The notes under the pieces: generated by a model
Database searches by the model: none
Seen by the model: the letters and a program-made list of their open reading frames with translations, nothing else
What the model was told of the DNA's origin: nothing
Program-made: the position numbers and the translations under genes
Source of the DNA: Bigelowiella natans CCMP2755
Taxonomy: Eukaryota; Protista; Cercozoa
Length of the DNA: 64,000 bases
Direction: 5' to 3'
NCBI GenBank assembly: GCA_000320545.1
Contig: ADNK01001960.1
Location: 1 to 64,000 of the forward strand
In this document: in pieces, positions 36,101 through 47,976 of the stretch
How the letters are laid out: each line of letters opens with the position of its first letter
Numbering within the stretch: the first letter of the stretch is position 1

Positions 36101-37062
36101 ACCACAACGGTCTGTCGAAAACATTCAGATGCGCAGCGACCAAGATTGATCTCATGCCACCCTTTAGGTGCCTTTTCGATCATGCTTTCGATGAGGCTCA
36201 TCGGATCTGAAAAATTTAATTTTAGTTGTCAGAAATTCAATTCCTGTGCCAAGTTAAAAGGTGCTCGTAATTAAATTCTATCATTGTCAAGAAAAGAAGG
36301 TTTACTTGTTTTGTAGGTATCTTTATCCATCTCAGCATCGCTCTCGAATACCAGAGCATAGTCTGCAATTTGAGTTAAAATGAGGGAGAAGGATTAAGAA
36401 GAGAATTTAATAAAAATTAAAAGAAAGGAAAATTGAGGACATAAGTACGGGAAGAAGAGATGGAAAGAAAGAGGAAGTACGGTACTGTGAGACTAACAAT
36501 GATAACAATGGATACCTGAGTCGGATCGAAGAAATTGTTTGATGGCAGCATGGTGAGCCTTGGTAATGGCGACTTCCTGGACCAGCGAATTCTTGTCTAG
36601 GGTCAGTTTGTAGTTCTTATCGGTCTGTACGTAATTGTGAATGTAAGGCTTATGCAAACGAGATGTATGAGGATGTAGTACCACTCCAGTTCTCTTAAGA
36701 TCGTCAAAGTCAAGGGAATTCTGTCGGACATCGCTAACAAATTCTCCAGTAACTCCATGTCCCAAGTCCTTTTTCGAATTTCGGGTTTGAATTCCAGTTG
36801 ATAGGAAGAAATCATTGATGTCTGTCGCCCTCTTGCGATTGACGGTAATGACTGAGATCTTATATTTGGTGCTCGATAGTGAGTACCTGAAAATTTTAAT
36901 ACTGTTTATCCTACATTCATTCACGCTGTCTGCCCTTAATTTGCCTCCCTTAATCCTTTGCCCTCAATCTTATCTTTCTCTCTTTAAGTGTTTGATGGTT
37001 TCATGTCTACCCAAATTTAGAGCTGGGACTTTCTTGAAAAGAAAATGAAACATTGTTCCCAT
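33175..37062 (-). CDS. Three-domain glycosyltransferase: GT25-like + NodZ/GT23-like fucosyltransferase + GT15 (KRE2/MNT1-like) mannosyltransferase
   Basis: 5' exons: ISVITVNRKR, EVAITKAHHAAIKQFL, ALVFESDA, GWHEINLGRC, STAYLLSKDGAQKL (GT25-like). The 765-aa exon has LGLHMRGTDK, VFLATDD and LLDSLTLAQTD...SGVSEFA (GT23/NodZ-like), then YRKMMRWY, CRFDDDSYLLSPIPYNLF, FYNNFF and IFTKRWND (GT15). The start and the joining of the 5' exons are inferred. Confidence 0.8.
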
Positions 37063-37717
37063 CCTTTTTCCCAGTTTGTTGAAGCTGTGTGACTTCGTGG
37101 TTAATCAAGCCAGATGCACTCTGCAGAAAAGTCAGAGCCAGGAGGAGGCTGGACCGCCACATTTTCACCATGTCTCCTCTGTGGTATCTGTAGTGCGAGG
37201 TGTGAAATGGTTTTAATATTCAGAGTTTCTCCCAAAATGTCGTACAAGTAGGATTGTGAATTATTTGATGCGACATGAGAATAATTATCCGCAATAAATT
37301 TACGCCCTGGAATAAACTGGAATCTTCCCATTTAGTAGACAATAATCTGATTAAAAGACGTCTGCTCGCAATACTAATAGTTCATGTCCAATGGGAGTTA
37401 CAAAACCGGTATTACGGAAAATAACATTGTATACATACATATTTACAAGTACGACATATCCAATGTTCTAAATCCTTAAAAAATGTTCCTTGTCGGTTAA
37501 ACCTAGCAATTACGTCGCATTAGATTGTAAACATGTGTCATTTCAACCTGAAATGGCTTCGGAGTTTCAAAAAATAAATCATCTTTGATGGAAATGTAGT
37601 ATATTTTTATAAAACGACTCATTCAAAATTAATATATTTAAGGTGGAAGCCAGACATTGGATCATGTCGCCTTCTTGGCAAATCTGGATAAGGTCACCGC
37701 AATCCTACCATAAAACC

Positions 37718-40700
37718 ATGTTGCCCCTCCTCTGGTTGACGGCCTCCATTGGCGTGAGCGCGCTCAACAATGCGGGCAACCAAGGCCCCCTCGAATCTCT
37801 TTCGGTAATTAAAGCACTGTATTTAAGAGACTTTTCATTGTACAGAAATGGAATGTGTGAAAGAGATAAATTTGTAGTTACCCTTGACTCATTTAAATAT
37901 GCTTTGTAGCTGCCAGCGTTGGACCATGAGAAACTCAACTCCATGCTGGACGTGTTCGTTATTACGCTTCCCAAGCGCCTGTTTCATGCTCGAGGAGAGC
38001 TGAAGAAGACGCATCTATTTCGTTATGCAGAACTTCTGAACGCAACGACTCCCGACGAAATAGATCCTTGGGAGGTATTGATATTTGCCTTATCAATGCT
38101 GCGTGTATCTGACATAATATTCTCTTCCCTATCTACCAGAGAAGTCCAGTAACTGCATTGAACAAGGGAGAGTCAGCTTGCTCTGTCTCACACAGTCGAT
38201 CATATCGGTACTTTCTCGACAACAGCAAAAAGGAATTTGCTCTCATTTTCGAGGACGACTTTCTCGCCACCAAGACTCTAAAAGGTAATTACACCTCTGA
38301 AATGTCCACCTCGTAATTCTCTTGAGATGCAATATGTAGCATATGCTTACTCCAAGTTCTACCTCTCTCCCAGATCCTTCGAACATGCCCCGCGTCATCT
38401 CTGCACTTCTCGAGGACCAGAAGAAGACTGGATGGGATATCCTAAATTTAGGTCGTTGCAATGACTGCTGTACCGAGAAGTGCCAGACAACTAAATCAGT
38501 CGTCGCGGGAAAATTTAAGATTGTGAAGTCCTTCTCCGGCTACTGCGGAACCGCGTACCTCGTGAACCGCAAGGGAGCTCGAGCCCTCCGTGTCGGTTCT
38601 TACCCTGTAGACGTCATCTCGGACGACAACTTGGTCAACACTGGGCGCTCTGGACGTGCGAACTACATGACAATGACACCAAAGCTATTCCAACAAGATC
38701 GTGTAACATTTGGTTCAGAGATCCACGACATTCCTCCTGAGGATGAGTGTGTGCCAAATTGGGACTGCAACAACCGTTGCGAGTCAGGCATCGAAGAGAA
38801 CCCCAACAACAAGACCACTGGCTTTATTCAAGAAACACAAAATCCGGTTCACCTACCCATGATTCTACACCCTGATACTGAGCTCAAGGATGAACAGCGC
38901 CTCAACTTTCTCGCTCATCTGGACTACTTGACTTCTAAGGATTGCAAACTCGACAAGAGTATGTCACTCCGTGTCGTTGAGTGGGGCTTTGGAGCAACAA
39001 TCAATAGCATCATCAAACCAGTTTTCCATGCGATGAAGTATGGATACTGTCTCAAGAATCCATCCGGATATGTGAAGTACCACTGCAACAAAGGCGGAGT
39101 TTGGAACGAGCTATTGAGGCCAACAACTTCTGATTCTTTGAAGAAACAACACTCTGTCATATCCCGTGAGGTTGAAGCTGCTTCTCCGAAGAAGAAGTAT
39201 CCTGTCACTCTATTCCAAATGTTTTCGGAAATCAGTAAGCAGAATCCTCACGTGTTGTCGGAGATCAAAAGGGAGGGTATTTGTAATGATGATGTGAATG
39301 CTCTCAACGATCTCGCTGAAGCTGCTGGGTTCGGCCGTGGGTATGTTTGCCAAGATGCTAAGAACCACGATTTCTGTGGAAATCCTGAAGTCAAAACTAT
39401 CTGCTGCCAAACATGTACTGCTCCAGCGCCTACAGCTCTACCAACACCATACAAGATGAAGCCATCCACCTATCCAACAACCTACAGTGTGGCACTCGAG
39501 CAGGACTCTGCCAAAGCAGAGCCCGTTCCGGAAGGCACCTGCGGAGATAACGTGAATGCACTCAACGATCTTGCTGAAGCTGCTGGGTTCGGTCGTGGAT
39601 ACGTTTGCCAAGATGCTAAGAACCACGATTTCTGTGGAAATCCTGAAGTCAAAACTATCTGCTGTCAAACATGTACTGCTCCAGCGCCTACAGCTCTACC
39701 AACACCATACAAGATGAAGCCATCCACCTATCCAACAACCTACAGTGTGGCACTCGAGCAGGACTCTGCCAAAGCAGAGCCCGTTCCGGAAGGCACCTGC
39801 GGAGATAACGTGAATGCACTCAACGATCTTGCTGAAGCTGCTGGGTTCGGTCGTGGATACGTTTGCCAAGATGCTAAGAACCACGATTTCTGTGGAAATC
39901 CTGAAGTCAAAACTATCTGCTGTCAAACATGTACTGCTCCAGCGCCTACAGCTCTACCAACACCATATAAGATGAAGCCATCTACCTATCCAACAGCGTA
40001 CAGTGCAAAATTCACCAGCAAGGAGGGTGAGTGCAAAGATGATGTTTATGCACTCAACGATCTTGCATATGCTGCTGGATTCGGCCGTGGGTATGTTTGC
40101 CAAGATGCTAAGACCCATGATTACTGTGGAAACGAAGAGGTCAAAACCATTTGCTGTCAAACATGTACTGCTCCAGCACCTCCAGCGCCTACAGCTCTCC
40201 CAACACCATACAAGATGAAGCCATCCACCTATCCAACAACCTACAGTGTGGCACTCGAGCAGGACTCTGCCAAAGCAGAGCCCGTTCCGGAAGGCACCTG
40301 CGGAGATAACGTGAATGCACTCAACGATCTTGCTGAAGCTGCTGGGTTCGGTCGTGGATACGTTTGCCAAGATGCTAAGAATCATAACTATTGCGATAAC
40401 CCAGAGGTCAAAACTATCTGCTGCCGAACATGTGCTCCAGCGCCTACAGGCATCCCAACGACATTCGCGATGAAGCCTATACAACCATCCTCTTTCCCAT
40501 CAACCTACAGTGCGATGGCAGTGAAGACAGCTTCTTTCCCATCTGCAATGAGCCTGAGTGCGGAGCAAAACGCCAAAGTTGTCCCTTTTGGATTCGAAGC
40601 CAGCTTGGAGAGAGTCGAGGCGACACAAAGGAAGAAAGAAAATATGGTCAAGGCAGAGGAGTATTATCGTGGTCTAACGGATAACACTGTGTGCGGCAAG

Positions 40701-41447
40701 GCATTCAACAATCAAAGCCTTGACAACTGGGAGGACGAAGACTTCAACAAATGCTCGCAGATGTACTCGTTCAATAAGCATGGCGATGCAATGCTGCCTC
40801 CGCAGGCAAAGGGCATGGGATTCTTCGCAACCGTCTCGCTCGTTGCTTCCTATCTTTCTCGTCCCTCGGATTCCCTAGCAGCAAAACTGCACGAAACTAA
40901 GAAAGCTGTCAACTGGCCAGCAAAAGGTACGCCAGTGATCGCTCTTCACTACCGCGCCGGTGACTCTTGCCTTGAATACGTGGACGCGCTCGGCCGCAAA
41001 TGCGACACGTTCGCGACTTACATGCAACACGTTGATCGCATGGCGAAGGAGTACGACATCAAACACATTTATTTGGCCACCGATAGCGACTCCGTAATCA
41101 AGGATGAGGTTCCCAAATATCCCCAATACACGTTCCACTACATCAAGGACATGGACCGTGGAGGAATCCGAAACAAGACCCCTATTGACGATCTTCTGAA
41201 GTTTGGCAAACTAGACGGATGCAAGGAAGCTGAGAACAGCATGCTCGACATGTACATGCTCTCGATGGCTGACGCTTACATCGGGAAGTTTAGCAGCAAC
41301 ATAGACCGAGTTGCATACAACCTTATGTTCGCTCGCACCGGGGCTCACCAACCTTACATTTCTCTCGATAACAATTGGTGCTTTGACTTCGCTGTCCGAA
41401 GTAGGCTAGACACCCTCACTGACAGAGAAGATTTTGTTTATTGCTAA
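37718..41447 (+). CDS. Secretory-pathway glycosyltransferase: GT25-like + FUT8/GT23-like alpha-1,6-fucosyltransferase with inserted Cys-rich repeats
   Basis: Signal peptide MLPLLWLTASIGVSA; VFVITLPKR, GESACSVSH, ALIFEDDF, WDILNLGRC, GTAYLVNRKGARAL (GT25); WGFGATINSI ... IALHYRAGDS, IYLATDS, LDMYMLSMADAYIGKFSSNIDRVAYNLM (GT23). Confidence 0.85.
39280..40445 (+). repeat. 5 Cys-rich (ShK-like) modules with Pro/Thr linkers, ~258-bp period
   Basis: CxDxVxALNDLAxAAGFGRGYVCQDAKxHxxCxNxEVKTICCxTC occurs five times, and several copies are near-identical at DNA level. Confidence 0.95.
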
Positions 41448-41789
41448 GCAAATACCACTTGGTGGCGAATGCAAGACACTACACTAATTCATTAATGATA
41501 ATTGCTGTGCAGGGCATCCTGTAGACTTTAATTTTGTTGTCCCCACAGAAAACATCCAACTTACACTAATTAAATATTTTATTTCACCCCTTCGAACTCG
41601 AGAATATCATGTTGATGCAAATGAACGCATGCTAGCATCTGTGCTTGACATGTGTAGTGACGAATCTCAGCATGAACTACTTTGTTTACGAACTGTTCGT
41701 TATCTGCATTGGCGGCGCGCTGGCGATGTGTGTCCGATCGCACAATGCACGTACGTGCGCATCTCATTGCGACGTGTGTAGTTGCATGC

Positions 41790-42340
41790 CACACCTGCCA
41801 GGGTCGTGACCCCAGCTAGCCCATCCATGTCAGTTCAAGCTAGATCCACAACTGTTTTGATGGAAAACGAACACAACTTCATCATGAGACTTTAAAAATA
41901 TGTGATGTCACGTTCAAACCAATTGCAATGTCGCGATTTTCCGAAAGCGCCTGTCTGCAAACGCCGCAGCTAGAGGCCTTGCCTCACACTGACACACCCA
42001 TTGCATGCATTATAGCATGCGCCGCGCCAGTGCATGCAGATATACAGATGAGCAAAAAGTGTGACGACGAGTTCGCCATCGTCACGATCAGTGACACGTG
42101 GACAAGCTAGTTTCCCTGAATTTTGACGATTTTTTCATTTCGTCATTTGAGCACTGCTTTCCATCCACAGCATCAAAAGGTGGACAAAACCCACGTGAAA
42201 GGCCCAGTCAAGAGCTTTCAAAGTCAGCAAAAAGTCAATGAAAATCCGAGCACAAAATTGCAGTGGCCAGACAAAGTTGGTGTCACGCCGCACCAACAAC
42301 AGCGAACCGCCCCCATGCTAGCCCAACCCTGCCAGGTGTG
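41790..42340. mobile_element. Candidate ~550-bp non-autonomous TIR element (MITE) within a TpA-poor patch
   Basis: 41790-41804 cacacctgccagggt matches the reverse complement of 42326-42340 (cacacctggcagggt) at 14/15 positions. No coding capacity is recognised. Confidence 0.5.
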
Positions 42341-43020
42341 TGTGCACATGCTGTGATTCACACGTACGTCGCATGATCGATCGCATTGTGTCGCGTACGT
42401 CGGCTCGATCAGGCGGCGGCATAGCATGCGAGCTTACTATAGACACAGTTTATATTATATATATTATATTTGTGCTTGTTGCACCATGACACACATTTTT
42501 GGTCGGCGCTTTTCGATGCGATCGATCACATGATTCGAACAAATCATGGCGCGCTACACGTGTTTGCATTGAGTGTGCACCGTGCACACGCACGCTCGCA
42601 TGCACACATTCAAGCTGATCGAGCAGCAAAACAGACCAATGCATGGTGTGCGCATCCGCCGCACAACATGCACACGGACTGGCCACTGCTCAAAGCTATC
42701 ATTGGTTATCAAGAGGAGCCATGCATGCCTTCTCGAAATAAAAGCACATGCAAAAAAAAAAACATATTCATGGATGACCATTGAAAAGATTTAATCGCTT
42801 CATTACATCCGTCTCATGTGTATGTATATGTATATATATACATGTACATATTTGCACAGCTACATTAGGATGACCATTGAAAAGATTTAATTCAATTCAT
42901 TACACCAGTCTCACATTTACTTGCCACCCATATAGCATACGCACGCATAATCATAACTCTCAGCAGCAGCAGCAGCAGGATGCTTAAGATGACTTTATTT
43001 GGACTCTACTGCTATTGTCA

Positions 43021-44835
43021 CTATTTCGTTTGCGAAGAGGTGCCACCCTTTGACTTTGCTGGGGGTTTTGAGATATCAAAAACGGTGACCGTTTCATCCC
43101 ATGAGCAAGTGGCGACGATGTTCTATCAACAGGTGTAGCAACAGCAAAAACAACAAAAGGCACCGAAGAAGAGAAGAGGAGGGAGAGGAGGACACCACCG
43201 ACAATCTCAGCACTATTTTGCCATCTATTCCCACAATCTGCCTTAAGTCTCATTTAATTCTGGTGGAGGAATATGCTTCTTCTCCTCCCTCCCTCTCCTC
43301 GCACTCCTTTTTCGTCACTTAGTACCGCGGGCAAAAAAATGCAATTAAACAGTGCTTGATATATTTCCAACCATTCCTCACCCATTATATATACCCGTTC
43401 TTCGCTGAAAAACAACTGTCGGTGCTACTTGAAATGGCAAAGATGAGAAATGCTCTTCTCGCCTCAATTCTCAATCTCTCGTTGGGGACACTACCTCCAT
43501 GTAGTTGTTGAAGTCAACTCCGAGCACGAATTCAGTGTGATGGTCAAATCTGCACACACAATTACGGCAGCAGCAGTAGCAGCAGCGCAGGGAGCAAGGA
43601 GTAGTACGACTCAAGAAAAGAATGCCTTTGCTTCTATTCCAGAGGAGAAACATCACGTGACCTACGATCACAACTTTGCTACCGCTGTTTTTTGTTGTTG
43701 TGTTGCATACTCGTTGAATTTTTGAGGCCCAGATTTCTGGTCTCGGTTGATGTCCCATATCCGGAGGCTCATATCGCTTTTCAATGTAGTGTTCAGAATT
43801 AGGGGGGGGGGGGGGGCGGAATGCTACATGATGGAGCAATATCTGTCTTGTTCGAAACTGCTAGGGTTATATATGCTGGGGAAAACATGAATTTCTCGAC
43901 GCCCAAAGCGACGCACGGGTTGACGCAGCGGGGGACAGTAGACGGGTAATAGTATGAGTTAAATACAAACAAGGACGTCAAAACTGACTCCTTCTCGTAG
44001 GGTTCGACTGATGGCTGAGAATCATGGATGATGAGAATTTATCAACGATCTATTACTATGAGGCCGAGGCAAGGACATCGGGCTTGTGTGGCGACCACTT
44101 GATCCTGGAGAGTGAGAAGAATAAGAAGAATAGGAAGAAGAATAGGAGGGGGGAGGAAACAATGAGGAAAGAAGGGGAGAGTGCGAAGAACCGTGAAGAG
44201 CAGGAGACGAGACACACAATTGAAAACACGGTGATGGTGGTGATGGCGAGCATATGACTATGGCGAGGACGACGATATGCAGTGAATACTTGATAATTCA
44301 TTTATGAACCGAATCTGAGGGGGGATTCCCACTGATTTGCATGCGCCTTCATGATGAGCACAGAGCTGCCGAACTTCTCCTCCTCGTATTTACCTCCCCC
44401 CTCCCTTGCCCTTCTTCTTCTTCTTCCAACTTGTACAGGCTATGTTGCTACACCTATCATTCTCACCTTCTGACTGCGAAATCGTGCCCCTCTAATGTGC
44501 AGAGCTCCCCCTTATCAAGCGCGCGGCGGTCCTTTTGGTATGCGGGGGGGGGGGGGGGGTTATTAGAAGTGATGATGGTCGCTTGTGGTGATGGGGGTTG
44601 TTATGGCATCGACTAATCACACGCACGCTGCTACTTCTGCCACCGCAATGCCGAGAAATTACCCATATTTTAATAGTTTTGTCCACTGAACCAGTGGCGA
44701 TGATGTGCTTGTCGTACTTGTTCCAGTCCATCGTGAGGATCTAGCCAAAGAACAACGTGCACGATCATGATCATGATGATGATTTATGAACAATGGAATA
44801 ACAAGGTGATACAGAAATATTTAAATATAATATAT

Positions 44836-44902
<67 letters not shown>

Positions 44903-45371
44903 GCACGCCTCTACTGCCTTATCTATCACTGCAAGCATTGATAAGGATTTCACCACACACACACAAGCCACAACTTCCTGTCAAATGCTTCTCTGCACTA
45001 GTAGGTCGTGTGTGTGATAGGCAGTACCTCGTATTTATGCGCTGGGATCGTCTGAATTGCTTTTTTGTCTGATGGTAGAAGAACGATGGACAGGGATTGA
45101 AAGGGAGGAGGAGGAGGCAGATCAACAACTACAAGTAGTAGTGGAAATGTAGCAGGAGGGTGGCATCGATGTGTCAGCAGCATCAGGTACTAGCAGCAAG
45201 CATTTATATCACCTATCGATCTATATCTATCATCATCACCGTTCATGTCCCAAATCTTGAGAGTGCAATCTCCAGAGGTTGAGGCAAAGAGCTCCGGCTC
45301 GTGGGGCGACCAAACGGTGCTGCAAAACGACCGACGAAGACAAAAGCGTGATTTATAATATATGTAAATAT

Positions 45372-45421
<50 letters not shown>

Positions 45422-45914
45422 GTATTGGTATGGCAAAAAGCAATGGCAGTGGTGGTGGCTGCCTTTGCCACAGGTAGAGACATTGATTGATTGATTGATG
45501 ATAATGATGATGGTTTCAACAACAGATGGAAGAAAATACACGATGATTCTAGTTACACTCCTACTTGATCATCATCATCATCATCGTCATACTTTCCATC
45601 ATTAAACACACAACCACCACTGCGGAGAACAAGATCACACGCTGCTATCTATCATTGCAGGTTCTCTCTGAACGTCTCTAAGAAATCGCCATCAACGCTT
45701 TTGCACAACAGCAGCAGCAGTTGTCGGGAGGTGGTATTTGTGGATCACCAACATCAAACCCCTTTTTCAACCCCCCCCCCCCCCCCCCTTCCTCTTCCTC
45801 CTTCCGACAGCAATAGACCTGTATATACAGTTCTTGTGCTCCGAGAAAGTCCTTACGCATTGTGTGCGCTCAGGGTTCCAAACCTAGTAGATGAACGGAT
45901 ATAGTAGCAACGAG

Positions 45915-45947
<33 letters not shown>

Positions 45948-46258
45948 CGATGATGATGATGATCGGCAATAATAACAGCAACCAACGATGATGAGTGACA
46001 CCAATTGATTTTATTTCACCGTCATCACCATGTTTTGTAGTTGTACACATCGAAAGAATCACAGCAATCAATCCATCCTCCTCCCTCCTCATCTTCCTCT
46101 AAACCACACCACCACTAAATCCCAGGCAACCCCTACCATTCTTTCCTCCTTTCACTACTCCTCCTCCTCGTCGTCATCATCATCGTTATCTCTCTTTCTC
46201 TTTACGATAAATTTCAGATAATTTTTTTCTTCTTCTTTGTTCTTCTTCTGGCTCTTCC

Positions 46259-46290
<32 letters not shown>

Positions 46291-47455
46291 TTATCATCAT
46301 CACCTTGACAAGGTTATCCCATGCCCCTGTGAGGATGTATCGCTTATTAGCACCGCTCCAGTCCACACTATACACCTCAGCCGTATGCTCCTAACGACGA
46401 GAGGGAAGAAGACGACTGTCAGATATGGGATGACGCAGGGATTTCGGAGCAGGGCTGTTGTTATGTGTGGATTCTCGATCGTTCGCCGCAGTCGTCAGAG
46501 AATGGAAGCACGTACCTTATAGGTCCTTACACGTTTCTTTGATGCCAAATCCAGAAGAGTAACAGAACCTACCATAATACCATTATTCATCAACAATGGC
46601 CATAATTATAATAATAATAATAATCATCATCATCATCATCTCCATGTCACGTCGTTATCACAAGAACAATATAAGCAAACTTCGAGCGCAGTGATTAGAC
46701 TCACACGTACTTTACTCTACTAGCCGTCATCGTCACGATGACAATTTGGCGATGATAATTATCGGATTATATTACCGTCACCACATACGTAAACCAGGTG
46801 GTTCTCACTAGTTTGCGACCAGGCAGAATCATAGCAGCTGCGAGGAAGAGAGAGAGAGGGGGGGGGGGGGGGGGGGGTAGGAAGACAAAGATTAAAGGGG
46901 GAAATAGAGAAGGGGAGAGGTTACTGAAAGCAGAGAAAAGGAGTTTCTAGTCTCAGAAAGAGAAAAATCCTGTTTATGTAGGCGCTGACCCGTCAGACAT
47001 CTCTTCTACGTGCACTTTCGAGAGCGTCTTACTCTTCATGTCCATAATGATCTGTTTTCCATTGCCAACGATCCCTGAATTACATATTAGAGATACATTT
47101 GCACTATCTTTTAGGACAATTTGCGCATCTTGGGAACATATAAGCATATCATCTACACACACGAAATGTAAATGCGCCCAACAACCTAAGAAGATCAGCG
47201 CAAGCCGCATCTCTATCCATGTGCACGTTATGATATTTCCACACCAAAATCTCGAAGAATTGAACCACTACTACCGAAATGTTGAGAAGTAGACACTGAT
47301 ATCCGGCCAGAATTGAACGGTGACCAAGCCACCTGCGTACAAGCAAAGAGAATCTATCGTCGTCTATCCAGGGCTCAACAGCATATGAAAGGCGACATAA
47401 TATGGTGGCGGTTTACCGAGTAACCCATGAACTCGAGCTGGGTCCTGGCTATCAT
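43021..47455 (-). CDS. PEX7: Peroxisomal PTS2 receptor (WD40), multi-exon
   Basis: FMGYS|VAWSPFNSGRISVSTSQHF|GIVGNGKQ, YDSAWS...ENHLV..CGDG, EHTAEVYSVDWS, VWSPHEPELFASTSGDCTLKIWD, IPAHKYE, LTMDWNKYDKHIIATGSVDKTIKIW, LEGHDFAVR|RIKWSPH, FDHHTEFVLGVDF and CSWDE match PEX7 in order. Confidence 0.93.
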
Positions 47456-47976
47456 TGTCTTCAGACAGCGGGAGGAGGAGGAGGAGGAGGAGGAGGAGGA
47501 GGATTCCTATTCTTCTTCCGGACTGGCGAAGTTTCAGTCCTCAAAGAAAAGGAATTCGGATATAAACGTAGCGGTAAAAGCATGGATTTTATGACGAATT
47601 ATCCACTTTTTCTATGTCGTAGTGTATATGTATACAGGAAATCGCTTCTGAGGCTTCATAGCCTTCGTACTGAATCTGCACTCACCGAATTCGGAATTTA
47701 TTTGATCGTTGGGCCTCGACATCTAGCGGCTCGGTCGTAGGTCAAATTCCGCTTGAAAAATTTCCTAAAATAATTCACATCGCAACAATAATTTAGTGTT
47801 AACTGCTCCTCGAAACTCGTTGTCGACGGGGTGCCCCCCCCCGTGGATGTACAGGTCCTGTGTTAGCGCGAGAGGGAGGAAATAGCCAGATAAAGTATAT
47901 CGTAGTCATATGCGTGTTTATTTGATATTGGTATCATCCGTCCCTTAGAAGGAGAGCGAGAACTCGCAAGACGCTC

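Noticed and set aside
42771-42915. ~45-bp imperfect direct repeat (ggatgaccattgaaaagatttaat...)
   Set aside because: Real, but a small local duplication with no functional support.
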